From the NCBI GenBank assembly GCA_965197565.1, contig CBDANK010000002.1:841403-905402 (forward strand): a stretch of 64,000 nucleotides of DNA, read 5' to 3'. The DNA is from Dehalococcoidia bacterium (lineage in GTDB: Bacteria > Chloroflexota > Dehalococcoidia > Lucifugimonadales > UBA3495). Shown piece by piece: positions 40,391 to 49,014 of this stretch. The position numbers and the translations under genes were made by a program. The notes beneath the pieces are model-generated. The model was given only the letters and a program-made list of their open reading frames with translations, had not been told where the DNA came from and made no database searches. How positions within the stretch are numbered: the stretch's first letter is position 1; each line of letters starts with the position of its first letter.

Positions 40391-40894
40391 CTAGCTCTCA
40401 GCGCGGCCCTGCTCGGAGACCCTCCCCCAAGACCGGAGCGGCCAACAACGAAACCAGACCCGGCCCACGATGAGCCGGCGGTCGACAGGCCCAAAAGCGC
40501 GGCTGTCTTGGCTGTCGCTGCGGTTGTCTCCCAGCACAAAGTATTCGTTTGGCCCTAGCCACCACTCCCGGTTATGGTCTCGACCTGCGGCAAAAGGTCC
40601 GGCCAAGTATGTTTCCTCCAACAACTCCCCGTTGAGGTATACCAGACCTTCCTCCAAGCACAGGTCTTCGTTGGGGAGGCCGACGATCCGTTTGATGTAG
40701 GTGCGGTCTTTCCATACCGGGTGCCGGAATACCACAATGTCTCCTCGGCGCAACTGGTTTTGGGAGGACTTGGCATGAACCGCCAACACCGACTCGCGGT
40801 TGGCCAACGCCGGCAGCATACTGTCTCCGTCAACTACGAACCGGGCCGAAGCGAACAGGTCTCTTAGCGTTTGCTCCAATTGGCTAGCCAACAC
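40391..40894 (-). CDS. lepB: signal peptidase I
   Basis: GDSMLP (catalytic Ser), RGDIVVF, YIKRIVGLP (catalytic Lys) and VLGDNRSDSQDSR are present. Confidence 0.9.
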   Translation of the reverse strand: MLASQLEQTLRDLFASARFVVDGDSMLPALANRESVLAVHAKSSQNQLRRGDIVVFRHPVWKDRTYIKRIVGLPNEDLCLEEGLVYLNGELLEETYLAGPFAAGRDHNREWWLGPNEYFVLGDNRSDSQDSRAFGPVDRRLIVGRVWFRCWPLRSWGRVSEQGRAES

Positions 40895-41110
40895 ATCCCG
40901 CCGTCGCCCGCCGCTACTCGGCCTATCCTATCTCCGGAATCAACCCGGGCTGCCGCATCATGCCCAGGTAGTCCTCATCATCCAACGCTGCGATAGCTTC
41001 CCGTGGGAAAAGCGGGCTTTTGGGGCTGGGTCTCTGGCCTTGAGCCTTCAATGCGGGACGGCAGTATGCAATCCTCCAGGGCCATTGTCAACCTGATGTG
41101 TTCGTTGGAA

Positions 41111-41242
41111 CGGGGTCTTTCGGTTGTTGACGCAATTGTCTGAACCGGGATTTATAGGATTAAGGGATTCGCCTGATTTCCCAATCCTGTAAATCCCGGA
41201 ATCAAAGAAATCACAGTTCAGACGAATAACCGAAAGACCCTG
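41111..41242. repeat. short MITE-like repeat related to family A
   Basis: The TIRs are CGGGGTCTTTCGGTT... and ...AACCGAAAGACCCTG, with an internal long hairpin (CCGGGATTTATAGGATT...AATCCTGTAAATCCCGG). No clear target duplication is visible. Confidence 0.6.
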
Positions 41243-41339
41243 CACCGGATTCTAGACGGTTGGCGGAGTCTCGCCTATAATCGAGCGAGCGCTGCAATCC
41301 CGGTGGTTGGGTTGCTCTAACCCGGCAAGGAGGTTTCCC

Positions 41340-42377
41340 ATGGCTAACGAAGCTGTCCGAGTTGGTCTCATCGGTGCGGGCCTCAACACCCGCGACCGCC
41401 ATATCCCCGGCTTTCGAAAGGTGGATGGCGTCGAGATCGTCGCCGTGGCCAACCGCACCCGCGAGTCCGGGCAAAGAGTGGCGGACCAGTTCAACATCCC
41501 CCAAGTGTATGACGACTGGCGAGAGTTGCTGGAAGACGACAATATCAACGCTGTATGCATCGGCACTTGGCCCTACATGCACCGAACATTGACGCTGGCG
41601 TCCTTGGAGAAGGACAAGCATGTGTTGTGCGAGGCCCGGATGGCTTCCAACGCCCGGGAAGCCCACGACATGCTGAACGCCGCCAAGGCCAAGCCCCATT
41701 TGACCACTCAGATCGTACCCTCACCCTTGACCTTCAAAGTGGACAATCTGCTACGGCAATTGATAGCCGACGGTTATCTAGGCGACCTGTTGGCTGTGGA
41801 GGTCCAAGCCTTGGGGACCGACTTTATCGACTTTGACAGCCCCCTCCATTGGCGGCACGACCGGGACTTGAGCGGGTACAACATCTTGGCCATGGGTATA
41901 TGGTACGAGGCGATGATCCGCTGGGTGGGCCGCGCCGCCAAGGTGATGGCCATGACCCAGGTCTACGTGCCCCACCGGCGGGACCAAGGGGGCAAACGAG
42001 TCGGCGTCACCATTCCCGATCATGTGGACATCATTTGCTTGTTGGCCAACGGGGCCCAAGCCCACCTACGCCACAGCAGCGTCACCGGCCTGTCGCCGGG
42101 CAACGAGGTATGGCTCTACGGCACCGATGGCACACTGCGCTTGGACCAACAGTTCAATGTATACGGCGGCCGGCGGGGCGACCAACAACTGGCGGAATTG
42201 GCGAACCCACCGGAAAAGCAGTACGCTTGGCGCGTGGAGGAAGAATTCATTGGCGCCATCCACGGCCAAGAACCGGTCACCCACACCCCCTTCGATGTGG
42301 GAGTGCATTATATGGAGTGGACCGAGGCCGTTACTCGCAGCGCACAGACCGGCCAGGCGGTGTCACTGCCTCTTTAA
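41340..42377 (+). CDS. Gfo/Idh/MocA family oxidoreductase
   Basis: The start MANEAVRVGLIGAGLNTRDRHIPGF follows the RBS GGAGG, and a Rossmann N-terminus is present. Confidence 0.85.
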   Translation: MANEAVRVGLIGAGLNTRDRHIPGFRKVDGVEIVAVANRTRESGQRVADQFNIPQVYDDWRELLEDDNINAVCIGTWPYMHRTLTLASLEKDKHVLCEARMASNAREAHDMLNAAKAKPHLTTQIVPSPLTFKVDNLLRQLIADGYLGDLLAVEVQALGTDFIDFDSPLHWRHDRDLSGYNILAMGIWYEAMIRWVGRAAKVMAMTQVYVPHRRDQGGKRVGVTIPDHVDIICLLANGAQAHLRHSSVTGLSPGNEVWLYGTDGTLRLDQQFNVYGGRRGDQQLAELANPPEKQYAWRVEEEFIGAIHGQEPVTHTPFDVGVHYMEWTEAVTRSAQTGQAVSLPL

Positions 42378-42419
42378 GCCCCGGCGATTTCGGCAGTCTC
42401 CAAGGGCTGCCCCTACATT

Positions 42420-42818
42420 ATGACAGAACACTACTTCACTTTGGAAGAAGCCAACGCCCAACTGCCTTGGTTGGCGGAAACCCTTGCCCGCTTGGACCCC
42501 TTGCGGGAGGAGTTGGCAACGGGGCACACGGCCCTGCTGGCATTGTTGCGCCAACGCAGCGGAAACGGGGCCGCCAGCAACGATCAGGAAATCCGAGTAC
42601 AGCAAGCGGCCATCGAAGGCTTGACCCGTCAGATACGCTTGGGGGTGCAGGAAATCACCGACAGAGGAATAATCGTGCGGGACTTGGAGCGGGGCTTGGT
42701 GGACTTCCCGTCCCGTCGAGAGGGACGGGAAGTTTACCTCTGTTGGATCCGAGGCGAGTTCGAGATAGAGTTCTGGCACGGGACCAACGAGGGGTTTGGT
42801 AGTAGAAAACGGCTGTAA
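42420..42818 (+). CDS. DUF2203 domain protein
   Basis: FTLEEANAQLPWL and GIIVRDLERGLVDFPSRREGREVYLCW are present. Confidence 0.65.
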   Translation: MTEHYFTLEEANAQLPWLAETLARLDPLREELATGHTALLALLRQRSGNGAASNDQEIRVQQAAIEGLTRQIRLGVQEITDRGIIVRDLERGLVDFPSRREGREVYLCWIRGEFEIEFWHGTNEGFGSRKRL

Positions 42819-42831
42819 GGCCGCTGCCCCC

Positions 42832-44328
42832 CTAAATGAACCTGGCCTGCTGCCTGGCTGAGGCGGCGTGATCGATATATACGGTGATCACCTCACTAAA
42901 GAAGTCCACCGCTTCCACTCCCTGTTCCCGCTGGCCCACTCCCGACGCTTTTAGCCCGCCGAAGGGCAGGTGCACCTCGCCGCCCAATGTTGGCGCGTTT
43001 ACGTGGACCATGCCTGCGTCCACGGTGTTGATGTAGTGGAAGGCCCGGGTCAGGTCCTTGGTGTAGACCGAGGAGGAAAGGCCGAATTTTACGCTGTTGG
43101 AAATCTGAATGGCCTCATCCAGGTCTTCCGCCTTGAACACTGTCAGCACTGGGCCGAAAATCTCCTCTTGGGCGATGCGGGTATCCAGGCCGACGTCGGT
43201 GAAGATGGTCGGCTCAATATAATATCCGTCGTCGTAGATGCCGCCGCTCAGGCTGTGGCCGCCGTAAACCAGATTGGCCCCCTCTTCCGTCCCGATGCCG
43301 ATGTACTCGGAAACCGTGTCGAACTGGGACTGGCTTGAAAGGGGAGAAACGTCCACATCGGTATCAAGGCCGTTGCCGATCTTGAGCTTGCTGGTCCGTT
43401 CGATCAACTGCTCCATGAACTCATCGTAAATGGGGGCCTCAACTATGACGCGGCTGGTGGCGGTGCAGCGTTGGCCTGTGGAGCCAAAGGCCCCCTGCAC
43501 GATGCCTCCCAAGGCTTTGTCCAAGTCGGCGTCGGCCAGCAGGATGACCGCGTTCTTGCCGCCCATCTCGCACTGCACCTTCTTCAGCAATCGGGCTCCC
43601 TGGCCGTAGATGTCGGTGCCGATCTCGGTGGAGCCGGTAAAAGAAATAGCCTTCACCTCGGGGCTTTCCACCAAGGCATTGCCCACCGACGAGCCGGGAC
43701 CGGTGACCAGGTTCAATACCCCAGGAGGTATTCCGGCTTCCTCGAACACCTGCATCAGCTTGACAGCACTCAACGGCGTTCCGGAGGCCGGTTTGAATAC
43801 CAGGGTGTTCCCGCAGATTAGCGCCGGAGCGATCTTCCAGGCGGGGATGGCGATGGGAAAGTTCCAGGGCGTAATAATAGCCACCACGCCCAAGGGCCGC
43901 CGCGTGGTGTAAGCAACGGTGCTCGGTAGCTCGGAGGGGGTGGTATAGCCGAACATGCGGCGTCCTTCCCCTGCGGCGTACTCGATGATGTTCATGGCCC
44001 GCTTGACCTCACCTTGGGCGTCGGCCAAGGGCTTGCCCTCTTCAGTGGTGATGGTCCGGGCGATGTCGTCGGCCCGCCGCCGCATGATCTCCAGGGCCCG
44101 GAACAACACGCTCGCCCGCGCCGGCGCAGGGGTCTCGGACCATCCGGGAAGAGCCTCCTGAGCGGCGGCCACGGCTTGCAAGGCGTCCTCCCCGCCAGAG
44201 GTTTGAAACTCGCCCAGTACGGTGTCTTTGCTGGCCGGGTTGGTTATGGTATAGGTTTTCCCCGATACCGATGCCACCCAATGACCTCCGATATAGTTTT
44301 TGTGGGCCGTAACTTCGGTTTTTGCCAT
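42832..44328 (-). CDS. NAD(P)-dependent aldehyde dehydrogenase
   Basis: [16 protein letters not shown] (catalytic Glu), GQRCTA (catalytic Cys) and EEIFGPV are present. Confidence 0.95.
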   Translation of the reverse strand: MAKTEVTAHKNYIGGHWVASVSGKTYTITNPASKDTVLGEFQTSGGEDALQAVAAAQEALPGWSETPAPARASVLFRALEIMRRRADDIARTITTEEGKPLADAQGEVKRAMNIIEYAAGEGRRMFGYTTPSELPSTVAYTTRRPLGVVAIITPWNFPIAIPAWKIAPALICGNTLVFKPASGTPLSAVKLMQVFEEAGIPPGVLNLVTGPGSSVGNALVESPEVKAISFTGSTEIGTDIYGQGARLLKKVQCEMGGKNAVILLADADLDKALGGIVQGAFGSTGQRCTATSRVIVEAPIYDEFMEQLIERTSKLKIGNGLDTDVDVSPLSSQSQFDTVSEYIGIGTEEGANLVYGGHSLSGGIYDDGYYIEPTIFTDVGLDTRIAQEEIFGPVLTVFKAEDLDEAIQISNSVKFGLSSSVYTKDLTRAFHYINTVDAGMVHVNAPTLGGEVHLPFGGLKASGVGQREQGVEAVDFFSEVITVYIDHAASARQQARFI

Positions 44329-44430
44329 GACCTGTCCTTTCCTGTTAGTTTGAATTGCGGATTACTATGAAAATGCTTACCAGCGCGTCCACCCGGTCCA
44401 CGACATCCGTTGTTGGGCGCATGGAGAATG

Positions 44431-44880
44431 TCAAGCCAGGAACTCTATGCCCGCTCCAATGATCTCGATCTGCATCGAGCGGACATCGGGAGCGGTATCA
44501 GCGAAGGAAACTCCCAGAGTAATGTTGATCCCTTGACCGGCTTGTGGGTTGCCTGGAACATCGAACCGGGCGTCCAAGTGGTTGTCCTGGAGGTCCAAGC
44601 CGGTGTGTTCCGCAATGCGAAGTTCGCCGTCGTAGACTATTACTTCATGCACCTTGGCGTTGGCTCTGGTGCGGAAGCTCACCAGCGCGGCCCCAACCCG
44701 CATATTGGCGCCGTTAACTACCGTGGGTGTGGGCACCGGTAAGTGGACCCAAGTATTTTGCCCCGCTGATCCTTCGATGCGGACAAAGGGCCCGGTGTGG
44801 CGCACTGAGGTGATCCGGTTGGGGTACTCAACCTGCATACTGGACCCATGCACCCAGGAAACGAATTTGCTGTCTGGCAT
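44431..44880 (-). CDS. hypothetical protein (149 aa)
   Basis: This is an intact ORF in a good-looking frame. No motif was recognised. Confidence 0.5.
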   Translation of the reverse strand: MPDSKFVSWVHGSSMQVEYPNRITSVRHTGPFVRIEGSAGQNTWVHLPVPTPTVVNGANMRVGAALVSFRTRANAKVHEVIVYDGELRIAEHTGLDLQDNHLDARFDVPGNPQAGQGINITLGVSFADTAPDVRSMQIEIIGAGIEFLA

Positions 44881-45121
44881 AGCCTCGCTCCGAATAGCAA
44901 GTTACTCCCGGTCATCGGTCAGGTCAACCAGTGTGCTGCAAACGGGGGCAGCGTTTTAGTCCAAGCACGGACCGGCGGCGCTTCGGATTGTCGAAAGTGA
45001 TTATAGCCTCTGGCGAGGCAACGGTACAGCGTCAAACGCCAGATGTAATTGTTCAGACCTCTTCCTGAAATTCAACATGGAAATGTCCGACACTCTTGTC
45101 CATGGTATATATAGTATACAT

Positions 45122-45349
45122 ATGGACAGCAGAGAAGTGATACGGAGACTGCTGCGGGAAGGTTGGGTGCGTAGGAACGTCACCGGCAGTCACCACCATT
45201 TTATCCACCCAGACAAGCCGGGCCTGGTTACGATAGCGCACCCACGAAGGGATTTGCCGGTTGGCACTCTCCGTGTAGGATTTTCCGGCAAGCTGGCTGG
45301 GATTGGAGGAATCGCTGATGCAATACCCTATAGTTATTCACAAAGATAA
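45122..45349 (+). pseudogene. hicA: HicA-type mRNA-interferase toxin with an altered C-terminus (2-bp GT duplication)
   Basis: MDSREVIRRLLREGWVRRNVTGSHHHFIHPDKPGLVTIAHPRRDLPVGTLR is canonical HicA. After GTGT (45273-45276) the frame leaves the expected ...RIFRQAGWDWRNR*, whose TGA (45316-45318) would overlap the hicB ATG. Confidence 0.75.
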
Positions 45350-45737
45350 GGACACGATGTACGGGGTAACTGTTCCCGACCTGCCAGGGTGCTTCTCCAG
45401 CGGTGAGACACTGGAAGAGGCCATGTCCTCCGCTCAAGAAGCTATCGCCGGCCATATTGCCACCTTGCTTCTGGATGGTCAGCCCATTCCTGAGAGAGCG
45501 TCCCTGGATACTCATCAAGCTAACGAAGACTACGCGGACGGCATCTGGGCGCTAGTAGAATTTAATGCCTCGAAAGTGCTTGGCAAGGCAGTCAGGCTCA
45601 GTATCACAATACCGGCTCATATCCTGACCACCATTGACGCCGCCGCCGCTCGGGTCGGTGAGTCGAGGTCTGCATTTCTCACCCGCGGAGCGCTCTACCT
45701 CGCTAACCACGAGATGGAATCTCTGAAACTCCCTTGA
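45318..45737 (+). CDS. hicB: HicB-family antitoxin with a C-terminal RHH-like DNA-binding tail
   Basis: MQYPIVIHKDKDTMYGVTVPDLPGCFSSGETLEEAMSSAQEAI and ...SRSAFLTRGAL are present. Confidence 0.85.
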   Translation: MQYPIVIHKDKDTMYGVTVPDLPGCFSSGETLEEAMSSAQEAIAGHIATLLLDGQPIPERASLDTHQANEDYADGIWALVEFNASKVLGKAVRLSITIPAHILTTIDAAAARVGESRSAFLTRGALYLANHEMESLKLP

Positions 45738-45779
45738 ATAGCGGCTCTCCAACTGTAGCCGCGAAGGTTGCACACGGAA

Positions 45780-45935
45780 AGCCGCTCCTGTCGCCTTGCT
45801 CCCCACTGGGGTGACATAGTTCTGGTTGGAGTTGAAGGGAAGGTCCAAGTAAATCAGGTCCACTGACTCGCTGTTCATACACCGGGAGTATGTCCAGGTT
45901 GTCGCCAGTCTAGGCGGTCTTGTCGGCGAAGTCAG
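45780..45935 (-). pseudogene. remnant of an N6/N4 DNA methyltransferase (N-terminal motif only)
   Basis: GDNLDIL...(frameshift)...SVDLIYLDLPFNSNQNY is the degenerate form of the SVDLIYxDPPFNS motif. The rest of the gene is missing. Confidence 0.45.
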
Positions 45936-45955
45936 GGGGCATGGCCGTTCAGTCC

Positions 45956-46512
45956 CTATTCGAGGTAGTCGTCACCCGACGTTGGACGACTCTCACAATC
46001 TGCCTTGAAAGGTCCGTATGTCTCCTCGAATCCTGCTAGGTCAAACTTTGCCTCATACCAACCCTTGTCACCCTCAACAGCAAATTCCAGGTGGTCATGT
46101 TCAAGGAGTCCGTCAATGAACTTCTGGTCTAACTGCTTACGTCTCGGGGAAACGTTATTCCCTTCCGTACTCCCATCCCATGTTTCAAAAACCGTGCTTT
46201 CGGAGTCCCACTTCAGTCGAACACTCAGGTCATAGAGTACAGATACGTGGGAACCCCAAGCAATATCGGAGCTAATGTATGGCCTACAGGGGGAGAATTG
46301 AAACAGGTTACAGTCAACCGGGCGTCCCCTTCGCCCTCTCCAGTCTCGTGGGTCTCGTAGGCCCACAAACTGATGGAAAGCCCGTCGGCGTTGTCGGATT
46401 GAACCCAGTCTCCCACAGCCGGCTCTTTCACCGCAATTGGTTGGGACGCTTCGGACCCGCAGGCCACCGTAATTAGCAACAATACAAAACTGGCTGCCAC
46501 TAAAGCGCGCAT
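45956..46512 (-). pseudogene. lipoprotein of unknown function, frameshifted
   Basis: The N-terminal part (46225-46512) has the lipobox LITVACG. The C-terminal part (45956-~46290) is in another frame, and the switch lies near a C5/G5 run at ~46285-46295. Confidence 0.5.
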
Positions 46513-46585
46513 TAATCTTTCTTGTATATAGGGCTGCTTTTCGTGGTATTTTGTTCCGACAGCTATGTGCGCAGGCTGTTCAAAT

Positions 46586-46660
<75 letters not shown>

Positions 46661-46744
46661 TTTCAGTGTTTCTTCCTTAGCTAAGTCGGCAAAATGCCGG
46701 CATTCGCGCTGGTAAACAGGAAGCTTAGCCACAATTTTGGGCGC

Positions 46745-46820
46745 TGGTGCCGAGGGACAGAATCGAACTGTCGACACCGGCATTTTCAGTGCCGTGCTCT
46801 ACCAACTGAGCTACCTCGGC
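46745..46820 (-). tRNA. tRNA-Phe (anticodon GAA), CCA encoded
   Basis: The hand-folded cloverleaf is GCCGAGG-TA-GCTC-AGTTGGTA-GAGC-A-CGGCA-CTGAAAA-TGCCG-GTGTC-GACAG-TTCGATT-CTGTC-CCTCGGC-A-CCA. Confidence 0.9.
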
Positions 46821-46879
46821 AGGCCGCTTTTATCTTAATTCCAGACGAAAGAGACTGTCAAGAAATCCTGTTGGGGGAG

Positions 46880-47088
46880 CAGGGTCTTTCTATTGTCACC
46901 CCCGGCCTACGCCGGGGCAGGCTCTGAGCCACTCTCCAATGTCACCCCGAGCAGAGCGAGAGGTCTAAAGTCCTTGTCTTCAATGCCGTTTTGCTGCCGA
47001 AACATGCTAGATTCTTCGTCGCAAGCTCCTCAGAATGACCGGGCGTGGTAGTCTGTATTCACTTAACATTGAGAATAGAAAGACCCTG
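46880..47088. repeat. MITE-like repeat, family A, copy A3, with a 10-bp target duplication
   Basis: The ends are CAGGGTCTTTCTATTG... and ...GAATAGAAAGACCCTG. They are flanked by GTTGGGGGAG (46870-46879 and 47089-47098). Confidence 0.85.
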
Positions 47089-47127
47089 GTTGGGGGAGCG
47101 AGTGGGCAAGTGAATAAGTGCACTCGA

Positions 47128-47157
47128 TTGATAATGGGCGCGCCGGTAGCGTATAAT
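47128..47157 (+). promoter_or_regulatory. sigma-70-like promoter candidate for pdxST
   Basis: TTGATA (47128-47133), an 18-bp spacer and TATAAT (47152-47157) lie about 35-45 bp upstream of the pdxS start. Confidence 0.5.
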
Positions 47158-47191
47158 ACTGGCGGTCACAACTTTCGATCTAACTTGGAGG

Positions 47192-48091
47192 ATGGCCGCA
47201 ATGGTTGATATTTTGACAGGGACGGCTATGGTTAAAGAGGGCCACGCCCAGATGCTCAAGGGCGGCGTCATCATGGATGTGGTCAATGCCGAACAGGCCC
47301 AAATAGCTGCAGAAGCCGGGGCTGTGGCGGTTATGGCCTTGGAGAGGGTGCCGGCTGACATACGCGCCCAAGGCGGAGTCGCTCGTATGACCGACCCGTC
47401 CATTATCCGCGCCATTATGGATGCAGTGAGCATACCGGTCATGGCCAAATGTCGTATCGGCCATTTTGTTGAGGCCCAAATATTGGAGGCCCTGGGGGTG
47501 GACTACGTGGACGAGTCCGAGGTGTTGACCCCCGCCGACGAAGTACACCATGTCTGGAAGCACGACTTCACCGTTCCCTTTGTTTGCGGGTGCCGGGACT
47601 TGGGTGAAGCCCTTCGCCGAATTTCCGAGGGAGCCACCATGATTCGCACCAAGGGCGAGGCTGGCACGGGCGATGTGGTGGAAGCGGTCCGGCACATGCG
47701 AGCGGTGCAAGACGCTATCCGAAAGCTACAGACCATGCCCGATGACGAGTTGGTTGTGGAGGCGCGGAACCTGGGGGTCAGCTTGGAACTACTCACTAGG
47801 ACCAAGGAAATGGGACGGCTGCCTGTGGTCAATTTCGCCGCCGGCGGCGTGGCCACCCCGGCGGATGCTTCACTGATGATGCAATTGGGCGCCGACGGAG
47901 TATTTGTCGGCTCCGGCATATTTAAGGCGGGAAACCCTGCCGAACGAGCCTATGCCATTGTTCAGGCGGTCACTCACTATAAGGACCCGAAGATCCTGGC
48001 CGATGTGTCGACAAACCTTGGCGAAGCGATGGTTGGCATCAGTGCTCGGAGCATACCCGAGGCAGAGCTCTTGGCCCCCCGCAGTTTCTAG
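47192..48091 (+). CDS. pdxS: pyridoxal 5'-phosphate synthase lyase subunit PdxS
   Basis: [25 protein letters not shown] and the (beta/alpha)8 PdxS signature are present throughout. The RBS GGAGG at 47187-47191 favours the second ATG (47201). Confidence 0.95.
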   Translation: MAAMVDILTGTAMVKEGHAQMLKGGVIMDVVNAEQAQIAAEAGAVAVMALERVPADIRAQGGVARMTDPSIIRAIMDAVSIPVMAKCRIGHFVEAQILEALGVDYVDESEVLTPADEVHHVWKHDFTVPFVCGCRDLGEALRRISEGATMIRTKGEAGTGDVVEAVRHMRAVQDAIRKLQTMPDDELVVEARNLGVSLELLTRTKEMGRLPVVNFAAGGVATPADASLMMQLGADGVFVGSGIFKAGNPAERAYAIVQAVTHYKDPKILADVSTNLGEAMVGISARSIPEAELLAPRSF

Positions 48092-48225
48092 TCTGGCTTT
48101 CTTGACCGGGACAATACGGTCCGGGCTCGTTGATTATGGCACAGGGGCGCTCCGCTCTATTTAGGACGAAGCCAACCGGAGAATACATCGAGTTCGAGGC
48201 CAAAATAACGAGGCAGCTAGCCGAA

Positions 48226-48807
48226 TTGAAAGTAGGGGTCCTCGCGGTACAGGGAGATTTCGCCGAACACATAGCCATACTCAAGGGGCTCGGGGTGGAG
48301 GGCCGGGAGGTGAGGCTCCCCCAGCATTTGGAAACGTTAGACGGCCTCATCATTCCTGGCGGAGAGAGTACTACTCTGAGCAGGCTGATGAGTATCTATG
48401 GCCTGCGACAGCCGATTGCGCGGATGGCCCAGGAAGGCAAAGTGTTGTGGGGCACCTGTGCCGGCATGATAATGTTGGCGCACGAAATCACCGAAGAGGA
48501 TCCGGTCCCGCTGCAATTAATGGATATAGGGGTCCACCGTAACGCTTTTGGCCGCCAGGTAGACAGCTTCGAACAGGACTTGGACGTCGTAGGCTTCGAG
48601 AAAACTCCGTTTCATGGAGTGTTTATACGGGCGCCGGTTATTGTGCGCGTCGGCAAGGATGTAGACGTACTGGCTTCGTTGTCCGATGGCCGGCCGGTGG
48701 CGGTCCAGCAAACTAATCTGCTGGCCACCGCGTTTCACCCCGAACTTACAAAGGATGACCGATTTCATCGCCTTTTTCTGGACCTCATCACCATTCCGGC
48801 TGAATGA
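48226..48807 (+). CDS. pdxT: pyridoxal 5'-phosphate synthase glutaminase subunit PdxT
   Basis: (L/M)KVGVLAVQGDFAEH, GLIIPGGESTT, GTCAGMI and FHPE are present. A TTG start at 48226 gives the canonical N-terminus. The ORF-track ATG at 48130 adds 32 non-conserved residues. Confidence 0.85.
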   Translation: MKVGVLAVQGDFAEHIAILKGLGVEGREVRLPQHLETLDGLIIPGGESTTLSRLMSIYGLRQPIARMAQEGKVLWGTCAGMIMLAHEITEEDPVPLQLMDIGVHRNAFGRQVDSFEQDLDVVGFEKTPFHGVFIRAPVIVRVGKDVDVLASLSDGRPVAVQQTNLLATAFHPELTKDDRFHRLFLDLITIPAE

Positions 48808-49014
48808 TGCAGACTTTCCGGTTAGGTGACTTCTTTCGGTGTCTCCTCCTCAATGCTCCCAAGAGGCCCAATATGGGAGTCCCGCTGTTTCGATGGCTGG
48901 GGAGGCGGGCTTCTTCTCTTGCTTTGAGGAATTATTCCGTGAAGTTGCTTGATACAGCGTTATAATCAAGAAAGCGGCCGTTTCAGTATTGACCCGGATG
49001 TCCCCTGAGGAGGC

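Noticed and set aside
45095-45125. The AT-rich near-palindrome GGTATATATAGTATACATATGG at the hicA start might be a HicB operator.
   Set aside because: Only the central GTATAC is truly palindromic and the arms do not pair in register. The evidence is insufficient to call a binding site.
44900-46585. A direct repeat of the tRNA-Gly 3' end might mark the far border (attR/attL) of the islet.
   Set aside because: Scanning by eye found no match of 12 nt or more to TGGAGCGGAAGAAGGGATTCGAACC or its complement in this interval, and no integrase gene is present. The island interpretation is kept only as a low-confidence inference.
48130-48225. The ORF-track ATG start at 48130 would extend pdxT by 32 codons.
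   Set aside because: The extension (MIMAQGRSALFRTKPTGEYIEFEAKITRQLAE) has no counterpart in PdxT proteins, which begin M-K/R-(I/V)-G-V-L. The TTG at 48226 reproduces that N-terminus.
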